Of a stretch of DNA of 53,955 bases, positions 31,336 to 40,889 are shown one piece after another (position 1 is the stretch's first letter; each line of letters starts with the position of its first letter). Origin of the DNA: an uncultured Collinsella sp. (lineage in GTDB: Bacteria; Actinomycetota; Coriobacteriia; Coriobacteriales; Coriobacteriaceae); assembly GCA_900550785.1 (NCBI GenBank), contig URTL01000001.1:1-53955 (forward strand). Direction: 5' to 3'. The position numbers and the translations under genes are program-made. The notes beneath the pieces were generated by a model. The model saw only the letters and a program-made list of their open reading frames with translations, was not told the DNA's origin and made no database searches.

Positions 31336-33096
31336 ATGGAATCGATCGTTAAGTTCTTGGAGAAAGGTCAGCCGTACTTCGACAAGGTCTCTAAGAACAT
31401 CTACCTTCAGGCCATTAAAGACGGCTTTTTGGCAGCAATGCCCATCATCCTGTCTTCTTCTGTCTTCCTGCTTATTTCGACCCTGCCGGGCGTTGTCGCC
31501 ACGGTCGGCGGCTTTACGCTGCCCGACTGGTGGAACGTCGACGTCGTGAACTTCTGCAACAAGGTTTACAACTTCACGATGGGCGTCGTGGGCATCATGG
31601 TCGCCGGCACCACCGCAAGCGCGCTGACCGGCTCCAAGAACCGCCGCATGCCTGCCGGCAAGGCCATCAACGCCACGAGCACCATGGTCGCCGCCATGTG
31701 CGCTATGCTCATCTTGGCCGTTACCCAGACGAGTGCCAAGATCGACGGCGCCGATGTCTCGGTGTTCTTTACCGACAACATGGGCACCAAGGGCCTGCTG
31801 AGCTCCTTTGTCGCCGCATTTGCCACGGTCAACATCTATGCCTTCTGCATTAAGCGAGACATCACCATCAAGCTGCCCAAAGAAGTCCCCGGCGCCATCG
31901 CCCAGAACTTCCGCGACATCTTCGCCTTCAGCTTCTCCATCCTGTTTGTCGCCGTCATCGACGTTATCTGCCGCACCTGCTTGGCCGTCCCGTTTGCCAA
32001 CGTCATCTCCACGCTGGTGAGCCCGCTGTTCGCCGCTGCCGATTCCTACGCCGGCCTCGCCCTCATCTGGTTCATGATCCCGCTGTTCTGGTTCATGGGC
32101 ATCCACGGCCCCTCGGTCGTTAAGCCTGCCCTCAACGCCGCGCTGTTTGGCAACATCACCACCAACCTCGCCACGCTGCAGGCCGGCGGTCACCCCGCCC
32201 TCGCCCTGACCGAGAACTTCGGTAACTACATCGGCGAACTCGGCGGCACCGGCGCCACGTTCATTGTCCCGATCATCTTCCTGCTCTTTATGCGCTCCAA
32301 GCAGCTCAAGGCCGTCGGCAAAGCCTCTGTCGTACCCGTGATGTTCGCCGTCAACGAGCCGCTGCTGTTCGCCGCGCCCATCATCCTCAACCCGTACTTC
32401 CTGATCCCGTTCCTGTTTGCCCCCGTGGCCAACGTCCTCATTGGTAAGTTCTTCATCGACTTTTTGGGCATGAACGGCTTTATCTATGCCATGCCGTGGG
32501 CACTCCCCGGACCGATCGGCACCTTCATCGACACCAACTTCCAGCCGATCTCTCTGGTCCTGGTTGTCGTCCTGCTGGTCGTTGACTTCTTGATCTACTA
32601 CCCGTTCTGCAAGGCCTACGACAACGTCCTGTGCAAGCAGGAGGCCGAGACCCTGGCCGAAGAAGAGGCCGAGGAGACCAAGGCCGTCAAGACCGCTGCC
32701 GCCCCCGCCGTTGAGGCTCCTGTTGTCGAGACCGCTTCTGCCACCGAGGCCTCCGCAGCTCCGTCCGCCCTTAAGGGCAAGGATCTGAGGGTTCTGGTTC
32801 TGTGCGCTGGCGCCGGCACCTCTGCACTGCTCGCCAACGCGCTTAAGGAAGGCGCCGACGAGCTGGGCATCGACATTACCGCCAACGCCGGTGCCTACGG
32901 CAGCCACTACGCCATCATGGACCAGTACAACGTCATCGTCCTGGCTCCGCAGGTTCGCACCTATTACAACGAGATGAAGGCCGACACCGACCGCCTGGGC
33001 ATCACGCTGCTGTCGCCCAAGGGCAAACAGTACATCGACCTCACTAAGGATCCCAAGGGTGCCGTCGCCTGGATCGAGGAAAACCTCAAGGCATAA
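31336..33096 (+). CDS. lacE: PTS lactose-family EIICB (module 2)
   Basis: YLQAIKDGF, GIHGPSVV, FAVNEPLLF, LVLCAGAGTS. Confidence 0.9.
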   Translation: MESIVKFLEKGQPYFDKVSKNIYLQAIKDGFLAAMPIILSSSVFLLISTLPGVVATVGGFTLPDWWNVDVVNFCNKVYNFTMGVVGIMVAGTTASALTGSKNRRMPAGKAINATSTMVAAMCAMLILAVTQTSAKIDGADVSVFFTDNMGTKGLLSSFVAAFATVNIYAFCIKRDITIKLPKEVPGAIAQNFRDIFAFSFSILFVAVIDVICRTCLAVPFANVISTLVSPLFAAADSYAGLALIWFMIPLFWFMGIHGPSVVKPALNAALFGNITTNLATLQAGGHPALALTENFGNYIGELGGTGATFIVPIIFLLFMRSKQLKAVGKASVVPVMFAVNEPLLFAAPIILNPYFLIPFLFAPVANVLIGKFFIDFLGMNGFIYAMPWALPGPIGTFIDTNFQPISLVLVVVLLVVDFLIYYPFCKAYDNVLCKQEAETLAEEEAEETKAVKTAAAPAVEAPVVETASATEASAAPSALKGKDLRVLVLCAGAGTSALLANALKEGADELGIDITANAGAYGSHYAIMDQYNVIVLAPQVRTYYNEMKADTDRLGITLLSPKGKQYIDLTKDPKGAVAWIEENLKA

Positions 33097-33126
33097 GACG
33101 CTGACGCCACCTGCCGCTCGCAGACA

Positions 33127-33168
33127 AAAAATGGCCCGTGCATCGATGCGTGATGCGCGGGCCATTTT
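33127..33168. terminator. Terminator after lacE (module 2)
   Basis: AAAATGGCCCGTGCATC...GATGCGCGGGCCATTTT. Confidence 0.7.
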
Positions 33169-33189
33169 GTTTAGACCGCACCCGCCCTC

Positions 33190-33337
33190 CTGTTCATCTC
33201 AATCTGTAACATCTAGCCGAGTTTTTGGATCCTAGCTGTTACAGATCGAGACAAACAGAACGCCCGAGCAGAAATATCTCAATCTGTAATATTTAGCTGA
33301 GTTTTTCGGTCCTAACTGTTACAGATTGAGACGAACG
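33190..33337. repeat. Pair of REP-like palindromic units
   Basis: Same consensus as 28182-28328 (33190-33258, 33277-33337). Confidence 0.8.
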
Positions 33338-33349
33338 GGCCGAAAAACC

Positions 33350-34351
33350 CTACGCCCGCAGGTCCTTTACGCTGGAACGTTCGACCAACACGCCCGAGAC
33401 GAGCGTACGGCTTCTGGAGCTCGGAGCTTCTAGGCCCGCAACGACCTCGTTGAGCGCACGGACGCCCAGCTCGCGGTGGCGAAACTTCACCGACGTCAGA
33501 ATCGAGTTGGGAATCGTCTTGTAAAGCTCGTCATCAAAGCCGATCACGGACACATCATCGGGCACACTCAGACCCTTGTCACGTAGAGCCATCATCACGC
33601 CGTTTGCCATGCAGTCGTTAGCAGCGAGGACCGCCGTGCAATCGGGTTTATCGGCAAGCACAAGGCCAGCGGCATAGCCACTATCCGCATTCCAATCGCC
33701 TTGCAGAGGCTCGGGCGGCTCAATGCCACGCGCCTCGAGCGCCGCTCGCCAGCCTTTCATTCGGCACTGGCTCGACAGCGACTCTTTCTTACCCGAAACG
33801 AAGTACACGTTCTTGTGCCCGTGGTTCAAGAAGTACTCGCACGCCATGCGCGCGCCGCCCTCTTGATCGTCACTGACGGTGGAGCAGGTAGGATGTTCCA
33901 TTGGTGTGATAATCACCGTCTTGAGGTCTTTCGGCGCCTCAAAGGTATCAAAGTCATCGACCATCTGACGCAGGTTGAAGATCATGCCATCAACAGGCAG
34001 CTGCGACATCCTGCGCGCCGCATCGGCAAGGGTCATCTTCTCCCCAGCGCGCTTTTTGATCATCGTGAGAGCAAAGCCTCGCTCTTCGGCGGCATCGGCG
34101 ATACCGTCAATCATGTCCACGGCGCCGCCCGACAAGTGAAACATCACCACGCCGATGCACCCGTAACGGCCCAACTTGAGTGAACGCGCGGCAAAGTTGG
34201 TTCGAAACCCGAGCGCCTCCATGGCCGCATGGACCTTATCGCGCGTCGACTCTCGCACGCTATCAGGCTCGTTGATCACGCGCGACACCGTCTTGAGAGA
34301 AACACCCGCGGCAACTGCCACATCGTTCATTGAGACATTTTTCTTGTCCAT
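33350..34351 (-). CDS. LacI-family regulator (module 3)
   Basis: HTH SMNDVAVAAGVSLKTVSR; ANDCMA; VSVIGFDD. Confidence 0.92.
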   Translation of the reverse strand: MDKKNVSMNDVAVAAGVSLKTVSRVINEPDSVRESTRDKVHAAMEALGFRTNFAARSLKLGRYGCIGVVMFHLSGGAVDMIDGIADAAEERGFALTMIKKRAGEKMTLADAARRMSQLPVDGMIFNLRQMVDDFDTFEAPKDLKTVIITPMEHPTCSTVSDDQEGGARMACEYFLNHGHKNVYFVSGKKESLSSQCRMKGWRAALEARGIEPPEPLQGDWNADSGYAAGLVLADKPDCTAVLAANDCMANGVMMALRDKGLSVPDDVSVIGFDDELYKTIPNSILTSVKFRHRELGVRALNEVVAGLEAPSSRSRTLVSGVLVERSSVKDLRA

Positions 34352-34490
34352 CGTTGCCACTACTTCTCCAGTCGGTTTTGCATCGCTTGTTTTTTGTGTT
34401 CTAGCATACACTACCTGCCCAACTGACAAATCAGCCGTTTATCGGACAATATCGACCGTTCACCCGTAAATCCTTGTTGCTCTTCCAAAA

Positions 34491-34534
34491 ATGTCTTACG
34501 TTGTCATTAACGAAATGACAACGTTGTCATTTCG
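34491..34534. promoter_or_regulatory. Putative LacI operators for module 3
   Basis: Perfect 24-bp palindrome CGAAATGACAACGTTGTCATTTCG (34511-34534) plus the adjacent ATGTCTTACGTTGTCATT (34491). Confidence 0.65.
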
Positions 34535-34635
34535 CAATGCCTTCCTTACCCAGGAAGGTTTCCGGGCAGTCCTGACCATCCATCGACGACCAGTTCCATC
34601 CACATGCATCGCGCATCAAGCAGCAAAGGAGCTCT

Positions 34636-36414
34636 ATGGACGCCATCGTAAAGATGCTCGAAAAGCATCAACCGTTCTTTGAGAAGATCTCGAGGAACAT
34701 CTACCTCCAGGCCATCAAGGACGGATTCCTTGGGTGCATGCCCATCGTCCTTACCTCTTCGATCTTTCTGCTGATCGCCACGCTTCCCGGCGTAGTCGGC
34801 ATCACGCTGCCCCAGCCGCTCATCGACTGGTGCAACAAGCTCTACAACTTCACCATGGGCGTCATGGGCATCATGGTTGCCGGCACCACCGCCAAGAACT
34901 TCACGGCATCCATGAACCGTCGCATGCCCGCCGGCAAAGTGCTCAACGACGGTTCCACCATGGTGGCCGCCCAGTGCAGCATGCTTTTGCTCGCCGTTAC
35001 GCAGTTCACCACCAAGTTCGACGGCTCCGAGCTTTCGGTCTTCGATTGCACCAGCATGGGTACGCGCGGTCTGTTCTCGGCCTATATCGCCGCGTTCATT
35101 ACCGTGTGGGTTTATAAGTTCTGCGTCTCGCGCGATCTGACCATTAAGCTGCCCAAGGAGGTCCCGGGCGCCATCGCTCAGAACTTCCGCGACATCATCC
35201 CCTTTGGCGGCGCCGTCATCATCTGCGGCATCATCGATGTGGTTGTGCGCAACCTCATGGGCGTTCCGTTCTCCGAGCTGCTCATCAAGCTGCTCTCCCC
35301 GCTCTTTACCGCTGCAGAAACCTATCCTGGCCTTATCCTTATCCAGGCAGCCACCGCGTTCTTCTGGTTCATCGGCGTCCACGGCCCCTCGATCGTCCAG
35401 CCGGGCATCGACCCCATCCGTCTTGCCAACCAGGCCGAGAACCTGCAGGTTCTGCTGGCCGGTGGCCACCCCGCCCACTCCCTCACCTTTAACATGTCGC
35501 TCGTAGGTGAGTTCGGCGGCACCGGCGCCACCTTCATCGTGCCGCTTCTGCTGATTCTCTTTATGAAGTCCAAGCAGCTCAAAGCCGTCGGTAAGGCCTC
35601 GATTGTTCCTGTTGCCTTTGCCGTCAACGAACCGCTGCTCTTTGGCGCGCCGATGATCCTTAACCCCTACATGCTCATCCCCTTTGTTGCCGCCGGCTGC
35701 GTCAACGTGAGCGTTGCCAAGTTCTTTATCGATAACGTAGGCATGAACGGCTTCTCCTTCGTGGTGCCTTGGGCCACCCCCGCCCCCATCGGCATCTTCA
35801 TCACCACGAACTTCCAGCTTATCGCCCTGGTATTTGTCGCGATCATCATCTTACTGGACGCCATCATCTACCTGCCGTTCTTGAAGGCATACGATAAGCT
35901 GCTCTGCGACCAGGAGGCCGAGCGCGCCGCCGAGCTGGGTCTCGAGTCCAATGGTGCCGCTGCCATCGCCGCCGACGCCTCTGCGCCCGCTGTCGAGCAG
36001 GCCACCGCTTCCGTCGAGACGACCGCCGCTGCCGCCGAAAGCAAGCCTGTCGCCGATCAGCCCGAGCCTGCCGCCGACGCATCCGCTAAGAAGGATGTCG
36101 ACGGCCTGAAGGTCCTCGTCCTGTGCGCCGGTGCCGGCACCTCTGCCATGCTTGCCAACGCCATCAAGGAAGGTGCCGCGCAGACCGGAGAGAACATCGC
36201 TTCCTCCGCAGGCGCCTATGGTCAGCACACTGCCATCATGGATCAGTACGACGTTATCGTGCTTGCCCCGCAGGTTCGTAGCTACTACAACGACATGAAG
36301 GCCGACACCGATCGCCTGGGCATTAAGCTGCTCGCCCCGCGCGGTAAGGAATATATCGACCTTACTCGCGACCCCGCCGGCGCCATTAAGTGGCTCCGCG
36401 AGAACCTCGACTAG
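34636..36414 (+). CDS. lacE: PTS lactose-family EIICB (module 3)
   Basis: YLQAIKDGF, GVHGPSIV, FAVNEPLLF, LVLCAGAGTS. Confidence 0.9.
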   Translation: MDAIVKMLEKHQPFFEKISRNIYLQAIKDGFLGCMPIVLTSSIFLLIATLPGVVGITLPQPLIDWCNKLYNFTMGVMGIMVAGTTAKNFTASMNRRMPAGKVLNDGSTMVAAQCSMLLLAVTQFTTKFDGSELSVFDCTSMGTRGLFSAYIAAFITVWVYKFCVSRDLTIKLPKEVPGAIAQNFRDIIPFGGAVIICGIIDVVVRNLMGVPFSELLIKLLSPLFTAAETYPGLILIQAATAFFWFIGVHGPSIVQPGIDPIRLANQAENLQVLLAGGHPAHSLTFNMSLVGEFGGTGATFIVPLLLILFMKSKQLKAVGKASIVPVAFAVNEPLLFGAPMILNPYMLIPFVAAGCVNVSVAKFFIDNVGMNGFSFVVPWATPAPIGIFITTNFQLIALVFVAIIILLDAIIYLPFLKAYDKLLCDQEAERAAELGLESNGAAAIAADASAPAVEQATASVETTAAAAESKPVADQPEPAADASAKKDVDGLKVLVLCAGAGTSAMLANAIKEGAAQTGENIASSAGAYGQHTAIMDQYDVIVLAPQVRSYYNDMKADTDRLGIKLLAPRGKEYIDLTRDPAGAIKWLRENLD

Positions 36415-36490
36415 TTTCCTCCCTCTGTTGGTGCCCGGATCCCCAGTTCGGGCACCTCTCCCTATTCGTATCCCACAGAAAGGATGACTC

Positions 36491-37912
36491 ATGACCAACC
36501 CCATGCAGTTCCCCGACGGCTTTGTCTTTGGCGGCGCCACCGCTGCTTACCAGGTTGAGGGCGAGACCCGTACGCACGGCAAGGGCAAAGTGCCCTGGGA
36601 CGATTTCCTGGCAGCCCAGGGTCGCTTCTCCCCCGATCCTGCAAGCGACTTCTACAACAAATATCCGGTCGATATCGATTTGTGCCAGCGCTTTGGCATT
36701 AACGGCATTCGCGTCTCCATCGCTTGGAGCCGCATCTTCCCCAGTGGCACCGGCGAGATTAACCCCGAGGGTGTCGCTTTCTATCACGAGCTTTTCGCCA
36801 CCTGCAACAAAGCTGGCGTTATCCCCTATGTCACGCTCGATCACTTCGATACGCCCGAGGCCTTTTACCAGAACGGCGGCGAGGGTTTCCTGACGCGCGC
36901 GACGATCGACGCCTTCGTCGAGTACGCCAAGTTCTGCTTTGCCGAGTTCACCGAGGTCAAGCACTGGTTCACGTTTAACGAGATTCCCGCAACCGCCGAG
37001 GGCAGCTTTATCGTCGGCAACTGGCCGCACGGCGAGAAGTACCGCCTGGACAAGGCCTTCCAGCTCATGCACAACATGATGGTGGCCCACGCCAAGGCTG
37101 TCGTCGCCTTCCATGAGGGCGGCTTTGAGGGCGAGATCGGCATTGTCCAGAACCTGGAGCCCAAGTATCCCCTCGACCCCAACAACGCCGCCGACTGCGA
37201 GGCAGCTCGCATGGCCGACGTCATCAACAACCGCTGGGTACTCGACGCCACCTTCCGCGGCCACTATGCAGCCGACACCATGGAGGCTGCGACCAAGCTG
37301 GCCCATATCGCCGGCGGCGAGCTCGACGTCCGCGACGAGGACATCGCCGCGCTGACCGCCGCGCTCCCCTACAACGATTGCCTGGGCGTCAACACCTACA
37401 AGTGCCAGTTCCTGCGTGCCGCCGAGGGCGAAAACGACATCAACCACAATGGCACCGGCGACAAGGGCTCCTCGCGCTGGTTCCTCAAGGGCGTGGGCGA
37501 GTCATGCGTGCGCGAAGGCGTACCCACCACCGATTGGGACTGGATCATCTATCCCGAGGGCCTCTACGACCTGCTGCTGCGCATTAAGAACGATTACCCC
37601 AACTACAAGAAGATCTACATCACCGAGAACGGCATGGGCTATAAGGACGACTTCGAGGATGGCTTTATCGACGACGCCCCTCGCATCGACTACATGCGTC
37701 AACATCTCGCATGGATCCTCAAGGCAATCGACGGCGGCGTAAACGTCGACGGCTACTTTGTGTGGTCGCTGCAGGACCAGTTCTCCTGGACCAACGGCTA
37801 TAACAAACGTTACGGCCTGTTCTACATCGACTTTGAGACCCAGAAGCGCTATCCCAAGGCGAGCGCGTACTGGTACAAGAACGTCGCGGAGACCGGCCTG
37901 CTCATGGCCTAG
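36491..37912 (+). CDS. lacG: 6-phospho-beta-galactosidase (GH1, module 3)
   Basis: FGGATAAYQVEG, TFNE, ITENGMG, FSWTNGYNKRYG. Confidence 0.92.
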   Translation: MTNPMQFPDGFVFGGATAAYQVEGETRTHGKGKVPWDDFLAAQGRFSPDPASDFYNKYPVDIDLCQRFGINGIRVSIAWSRIFPSGTGEINPEGVAFYHELFATCNKAGVIPYVTLDHFDTPEAFYQNGGEGFLTRATIDAFVEYAKFCFAEFTEVKHWFTFNEIPATAEGSFIVGNWPHGEKYRLDKAFQLMHNMMVAHAKAVVAFHEGGFEGEIGIVQNLEPKYPLDPNNAADCEAARMADVINNRWVLDATFRGHYAADTMEAATKLAHIAGGELDVRDEDIAALTAALPYNDCLGVNTYKCQFLRAAEGENDINHNGTGDKGSSRWFLKGVGESCVREGVPTTDWDWIIYPEGLYDLLLRIKNDYPNYKKIYITENGMGYKDDFEDGFIDDAPRIDYMRQHLAWILKAIDGGVNVDGYFVWSLQDQFSWTNGYNKRYGLFYIDFETQKRYPKASAYWYKNVAETGLLMA

Positions 37913-37932
37913 TTTCCGCCGCATACCCCTGT

Positions 37933-37976
37933 CGGCCGCATGCGAATCCCTCCACGGGTTCGCATGCGGCCTTTTT
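37933..37976 (+). terminator. Terminator after lacG (module 3)
   Basis: GGCCGCATGCGAA...TTCGCATGCGGCCTTTTT. Confidence 0.75.
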
Positions 37977-37996
37977 GTTTTCGCGCGGGTCGGCAG

Positions 37997-38138
37997 CCGT
38001 TTGTCTAAATCTGTAACATCAAGTCGAGTTTTTTGCCTCTACCTGTTACAAATCAAGACAAACGGGAATCACTCTGCCGAAACGTCTCAATCTGTAACAG
38101 ATATCTGCTCAAATCGAGTCTAGGTGTTACAGATTGAG
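37997..38138. repeat. Pair of REP-like palindromic units; the second is inverted with a clipped right arm
   Basis: 37997-38065 and 38083-38138 match the CTGTAACA...TGTTACAG consensus. Confidence 0.8.
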
Positions 38139-38470
38139 TTTTTGATTTGGGAGGTTGAGGATGGGGGATCGCGTGCCGAAAGCATGGTCCCCGGATAAAA
38201 AAGCTCGCCGGCCAGGCCGAAGACATGGCCCACATCAAGGCAGACCTTTGCCCCTGCTCGCCCGAGCAAAAAGTCATGCCCCTCGATGCGCTCTGCCAGT
38301 CCGGCACCGAGACCCCGCAATGGCGGTGGGATGTGCTGGTCGGAGAGGGCGACCCGCTCTACTGCAAGTCCCGAGAGATCTAAGTATCCGCTGCAAGGTA
38401 TAAGAACGAATTGGAGCCCTGGTACATACCGGGGCTCCTCGTGGTAGTGGCTGTCTAATGAATCTGGTGG

Positions 38471-38815
38471 CTAGGCCTCTTCGCCGCCACTGGATTCAGT
38501 TACCGTTTCCTCCTCACTATGTTGCGTCTCTCTCGTAGCCTCATCAACTTCTGTTGACGAATGTGCCTCTTCGTATACTTCGATGTTCGCCTTGAGCATG
38601 GTTGCACTCTGTTCAGCAAGAGCGATCTTCCTCTGGTGCTTGTCGTAGGCATACAGTCCGATTCCACCTGCGACTAGCGTGGCTACAGAACCGATTACTC
38701 CACCCTGGATTCTTCCAACGGAAATCCCGCCCGCTCTGATATTGCTGATCAGCGCCTGAGGCCCACCGAGCTCTTTCGCCAGATGCGACAATTGCGCATA
38801 GTCCCAAGTCGTCAT
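38471..38815 (-). CDS. Hypothetical protein with one Gly-rich hydrophobic segment
   Basis: MTTWDYAQLSHLAKELGGP; GAGG RBS; hydrophobic GGVIGSVATLVAGGIGLY. Confidence 0.65.
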   Translation of the reverse strand: MTTWDYAQLSHLAKELGGPQALISNIRAGGISVGRIQGGVIGSVATLVAGGIGLYAYDKHQRKIALAEQSATMLKANIEVYEEAHSSTEVDEATRETQHSEEETVTESSGGEEA

Positions 38816-38945
38816 TGCCTTTTCCTCACTTTCTTTCACTTCAGCACCGCTTCCACTGGGGTGCTCACTTTCGACAGTGCTATCATGCCATCGGTAAATA
38901 AGACGGTATATGTCCTATAATTGTCTTATCTGTTGTTAATGAGGA

Positions 38946-39857
38946 ATGATTAAGACAATGTACGTCCGCAAAGATCGCCCTAAGGACATTTTTCCAAAGA
39001 GACTCAGCGGTTTGATGGAAAGCTATGAAATAGAAAAGGGGCGCAGAGGCATTAGCAATATCGGCCTTGCGCGTCTGCTCTATCAAAAGCGTAACGGTGC
39101 CGATGATGCCTCGCTAGCCGATGACCGCTATGCAGTGGAAAGGGAGAACGGCCGCAAGGCGATTGCGAGAAAGATCAGCCGATTTCGAAAAGGAGATCAG
39201 TTTCCTCAATGGGATGACCTCGTAGATCTGGCTGACATATTCGGAAAGCCAGTAGGTTTTCTCATCGGGGAGACCGATTGTGATACGTACGAGCTCCAAG
39301 ATATTGCTGACTTCCTTGGTCTCAGCGGCGAGGCTGTTCTGTCCATCGAGCGTATGACGAGAAAAGTTAGTGCGGAGTGGCTTCCGGAACAGTCTGGCGG
39401 CAACGGCGGAGACCATGAGGAATGGGAAAAATACCTCGTGAATGATATGGTCGCGAAGGCGAATGCCGAGCCAGAAGCTTGCAGGGCAGTGCTCAATCGA
39501 ATGCTGACCGCAGCAGCGTTTAAAGACCTTGTGCTCTGCCTGTCTGAGGTCGGCGATGCCCAATACAATCTGCTTATGGAACGCATTGCAAGTGCGGAAA
39601 TAGAACTGAGAGACGCAGACGTACTCAGTGACAACCACCCAGACTCCATCATGGGGCAAATGGCGGCAAAATCCCGATTCAGGGATGCTGCAACACGCCT
39701 GCAGGAAGCGGAAAATGCGGTGAGGTCCAGCAGGTATGCAGCTTATGAATGCCATGTCCGCATCGTTGATGAAATGTTCTCGGATATTACCCAGACTGAC
39801 GCAAATACCGTAGCCAAAGAGCATGTCAAGCAGAGACAGTCAGGTAACCAGGCGTAG
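38946..39857 (+). CDS. XRE/HTH-type regulator-like protein of a mobile element
   Basis: FPKRLSGLM...ISRFRKGDQFPQWDDLVDLADIFGKPVGFLIGETD (XRE signature), followed by IADFLGLSGEAV. Confidence 0.65.
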   Translation: MIKTMYVRKDRPKDIFPKRLSGLMESYEIEKGRRGISNIGLARLLYQKRNGADDASLADDRYAVERENGRKAIARKISRFRKGDQFPQWDDLVDLADIFGKPVGFLIGETDCDTYELQDIADFLGLSGEAVLSIERMTRKVSAEWLPEQSGGNGGDHEEWEKYLVNDMVAKANAEPEACRAVLNRMLTAAAFKDLVLCLSEVGDAQYNLLMERIASAEIELRDADVLSDNHPDSIMGQMAAKSRFRDAATRLQEAENAVRSSRYAAYECHVRIVDEMFSDITQTDANTVAKEHVKQRQSGNQA

Positions 39858-40240
39858 CCGTCGTATCGATACGGAAGTGGGTATAAACCGTCCTGCTGCT
39901 TGCATACGTGGTTCCGTTGCCGCCCGTCAGCTTGTAGCAGTTATAGAAGCACTGCGAGTCCGAAACCCCGCTCGAAGGCAGCGCCCAGGTGGCGTCGGCG
40001 TAGATCGTCACCAGCGACGAGCACCCCGAGAAGCAGTAGGTCAGGTCGGTGAGCGCAGACGGGTCGAAGCCTCGGAAGTCCAGCTCGGCGGGCGACGAGC
40101 GCGAAGCGAACGCGAACCGCACGACTTGACACCTGCGAGGTTGCCCAAACCGGAGACCACCTCCAGCGCCGTGCATAAGTAGAAGAGGTGGGTCAGGTTC
40201 ATGGTTGCGAACGCCGCCATGTCTGCCGCGAAGGCGATGC
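39826..40240 (-). pseudogene. C-terminal fragment of a BspA/DUF285-type leucine-rich-repeat protein, frameshifted
   Basis: LTHLFYLCTALEVVSGLGNL, a frameshift, then FDPSALTDLTYCFSGCSSLVTIYAD...CFYNCYKLTGGNGT...PGYLT. Confidence 0.6.
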
Positions 40241-40492
40241 GCTCATCGGCCGCCTGGCCTTCACCTGCTGGATTTCGTCGCGCAGGGCGTCCGCCACCTC
40301 GGCGCTCTTGGCAGCCTCGGCCACTTGCCCCTCAAGCTCCTTGATGCGAGCCTCCTGCTTGGCGAGAAGCGCCTGGTAGCCCCTCTCCGAGTCCACTGCC
40401 TGCGGCTCTTCCGCCTGCGCGACCCCTTCTTGGCCGCCCGCCTGCGCTGCGACCTCTTCCTCGTCGTCGATGCTATGGTCGTCTCCGTCCAT
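40240..40492 (-). pseudogene. N-terminal fragment of an acidic coiled-coil protein (phage scaffold-like)
   Basis: MDGDDHSIDDEEE...YQALLAKQEARIKELEGQVAEAAKSAEVADALRDEI; runs directly into the LRR fragment. Confidence 0.4.
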
Positions 40493-40691
40493 GTCGGCCT
40501 GCCTTTCGATTGACATAGGCCAGCACAAACGAACCGTCCCTTAACCATGCAAATAGGCTAAAGGTCGGTCACAAAGTGAGGTCATCCAGTCCGTTCGGCA
40601 GTTTGTGACCATTAGCAAGAATTAGAGGCAACGCAACGAGCGAACGCTCGATAATGGTCTAGAATATTGGACTTGACATTTGGGAGGCAAG

Positions 40692-40889
40692 ATGGAGACT
40701 GTGAACCTTATCCTTGGAATTATCGCGTCTATCGCATCCATCGCCGCCGCCGTCATCTCGCTCCAAAACAAGCAAGAGATCAAGTCAATCAAAAAGAGTC
40801 TAAGCGACAACTCGCAGACCGCTACAGGTAAAGTTGCCACAAACGTCGTAGGCAGCAACAACTCGGCGAACATCCATGCTTCGCGATAA
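40692..40889 (+). CDS. 65-aa protein: N-terminal TM helix plus C-terminal putative amyloid-signalling motif
   Basis: RBS GGGAGG; TM LILGIIASIASIAAAVISL; C-terminal SQTATGKVATNVVGSNNS; overlaps the next start codon. Confidence 0.75.
   Translation: METVNLILGIIASIASIAAAVISLQNKQEIKSIKKSLSDNSQTATGKVATNVVGSNNSANIHASR

Noticed and set aside
28182..38138. CTGTAACA/TGTTACAG repeats as a CRISPR array
   Set aside because: The units are inverted-repeat hairpins in dispersed pairs with similar inner sequences, and there are no cas genes.
38139..38470. Possible integrase remnant at the left island edge
   Set aside because: I could not identify tyrosine or serine recombinase motifs in any frame.
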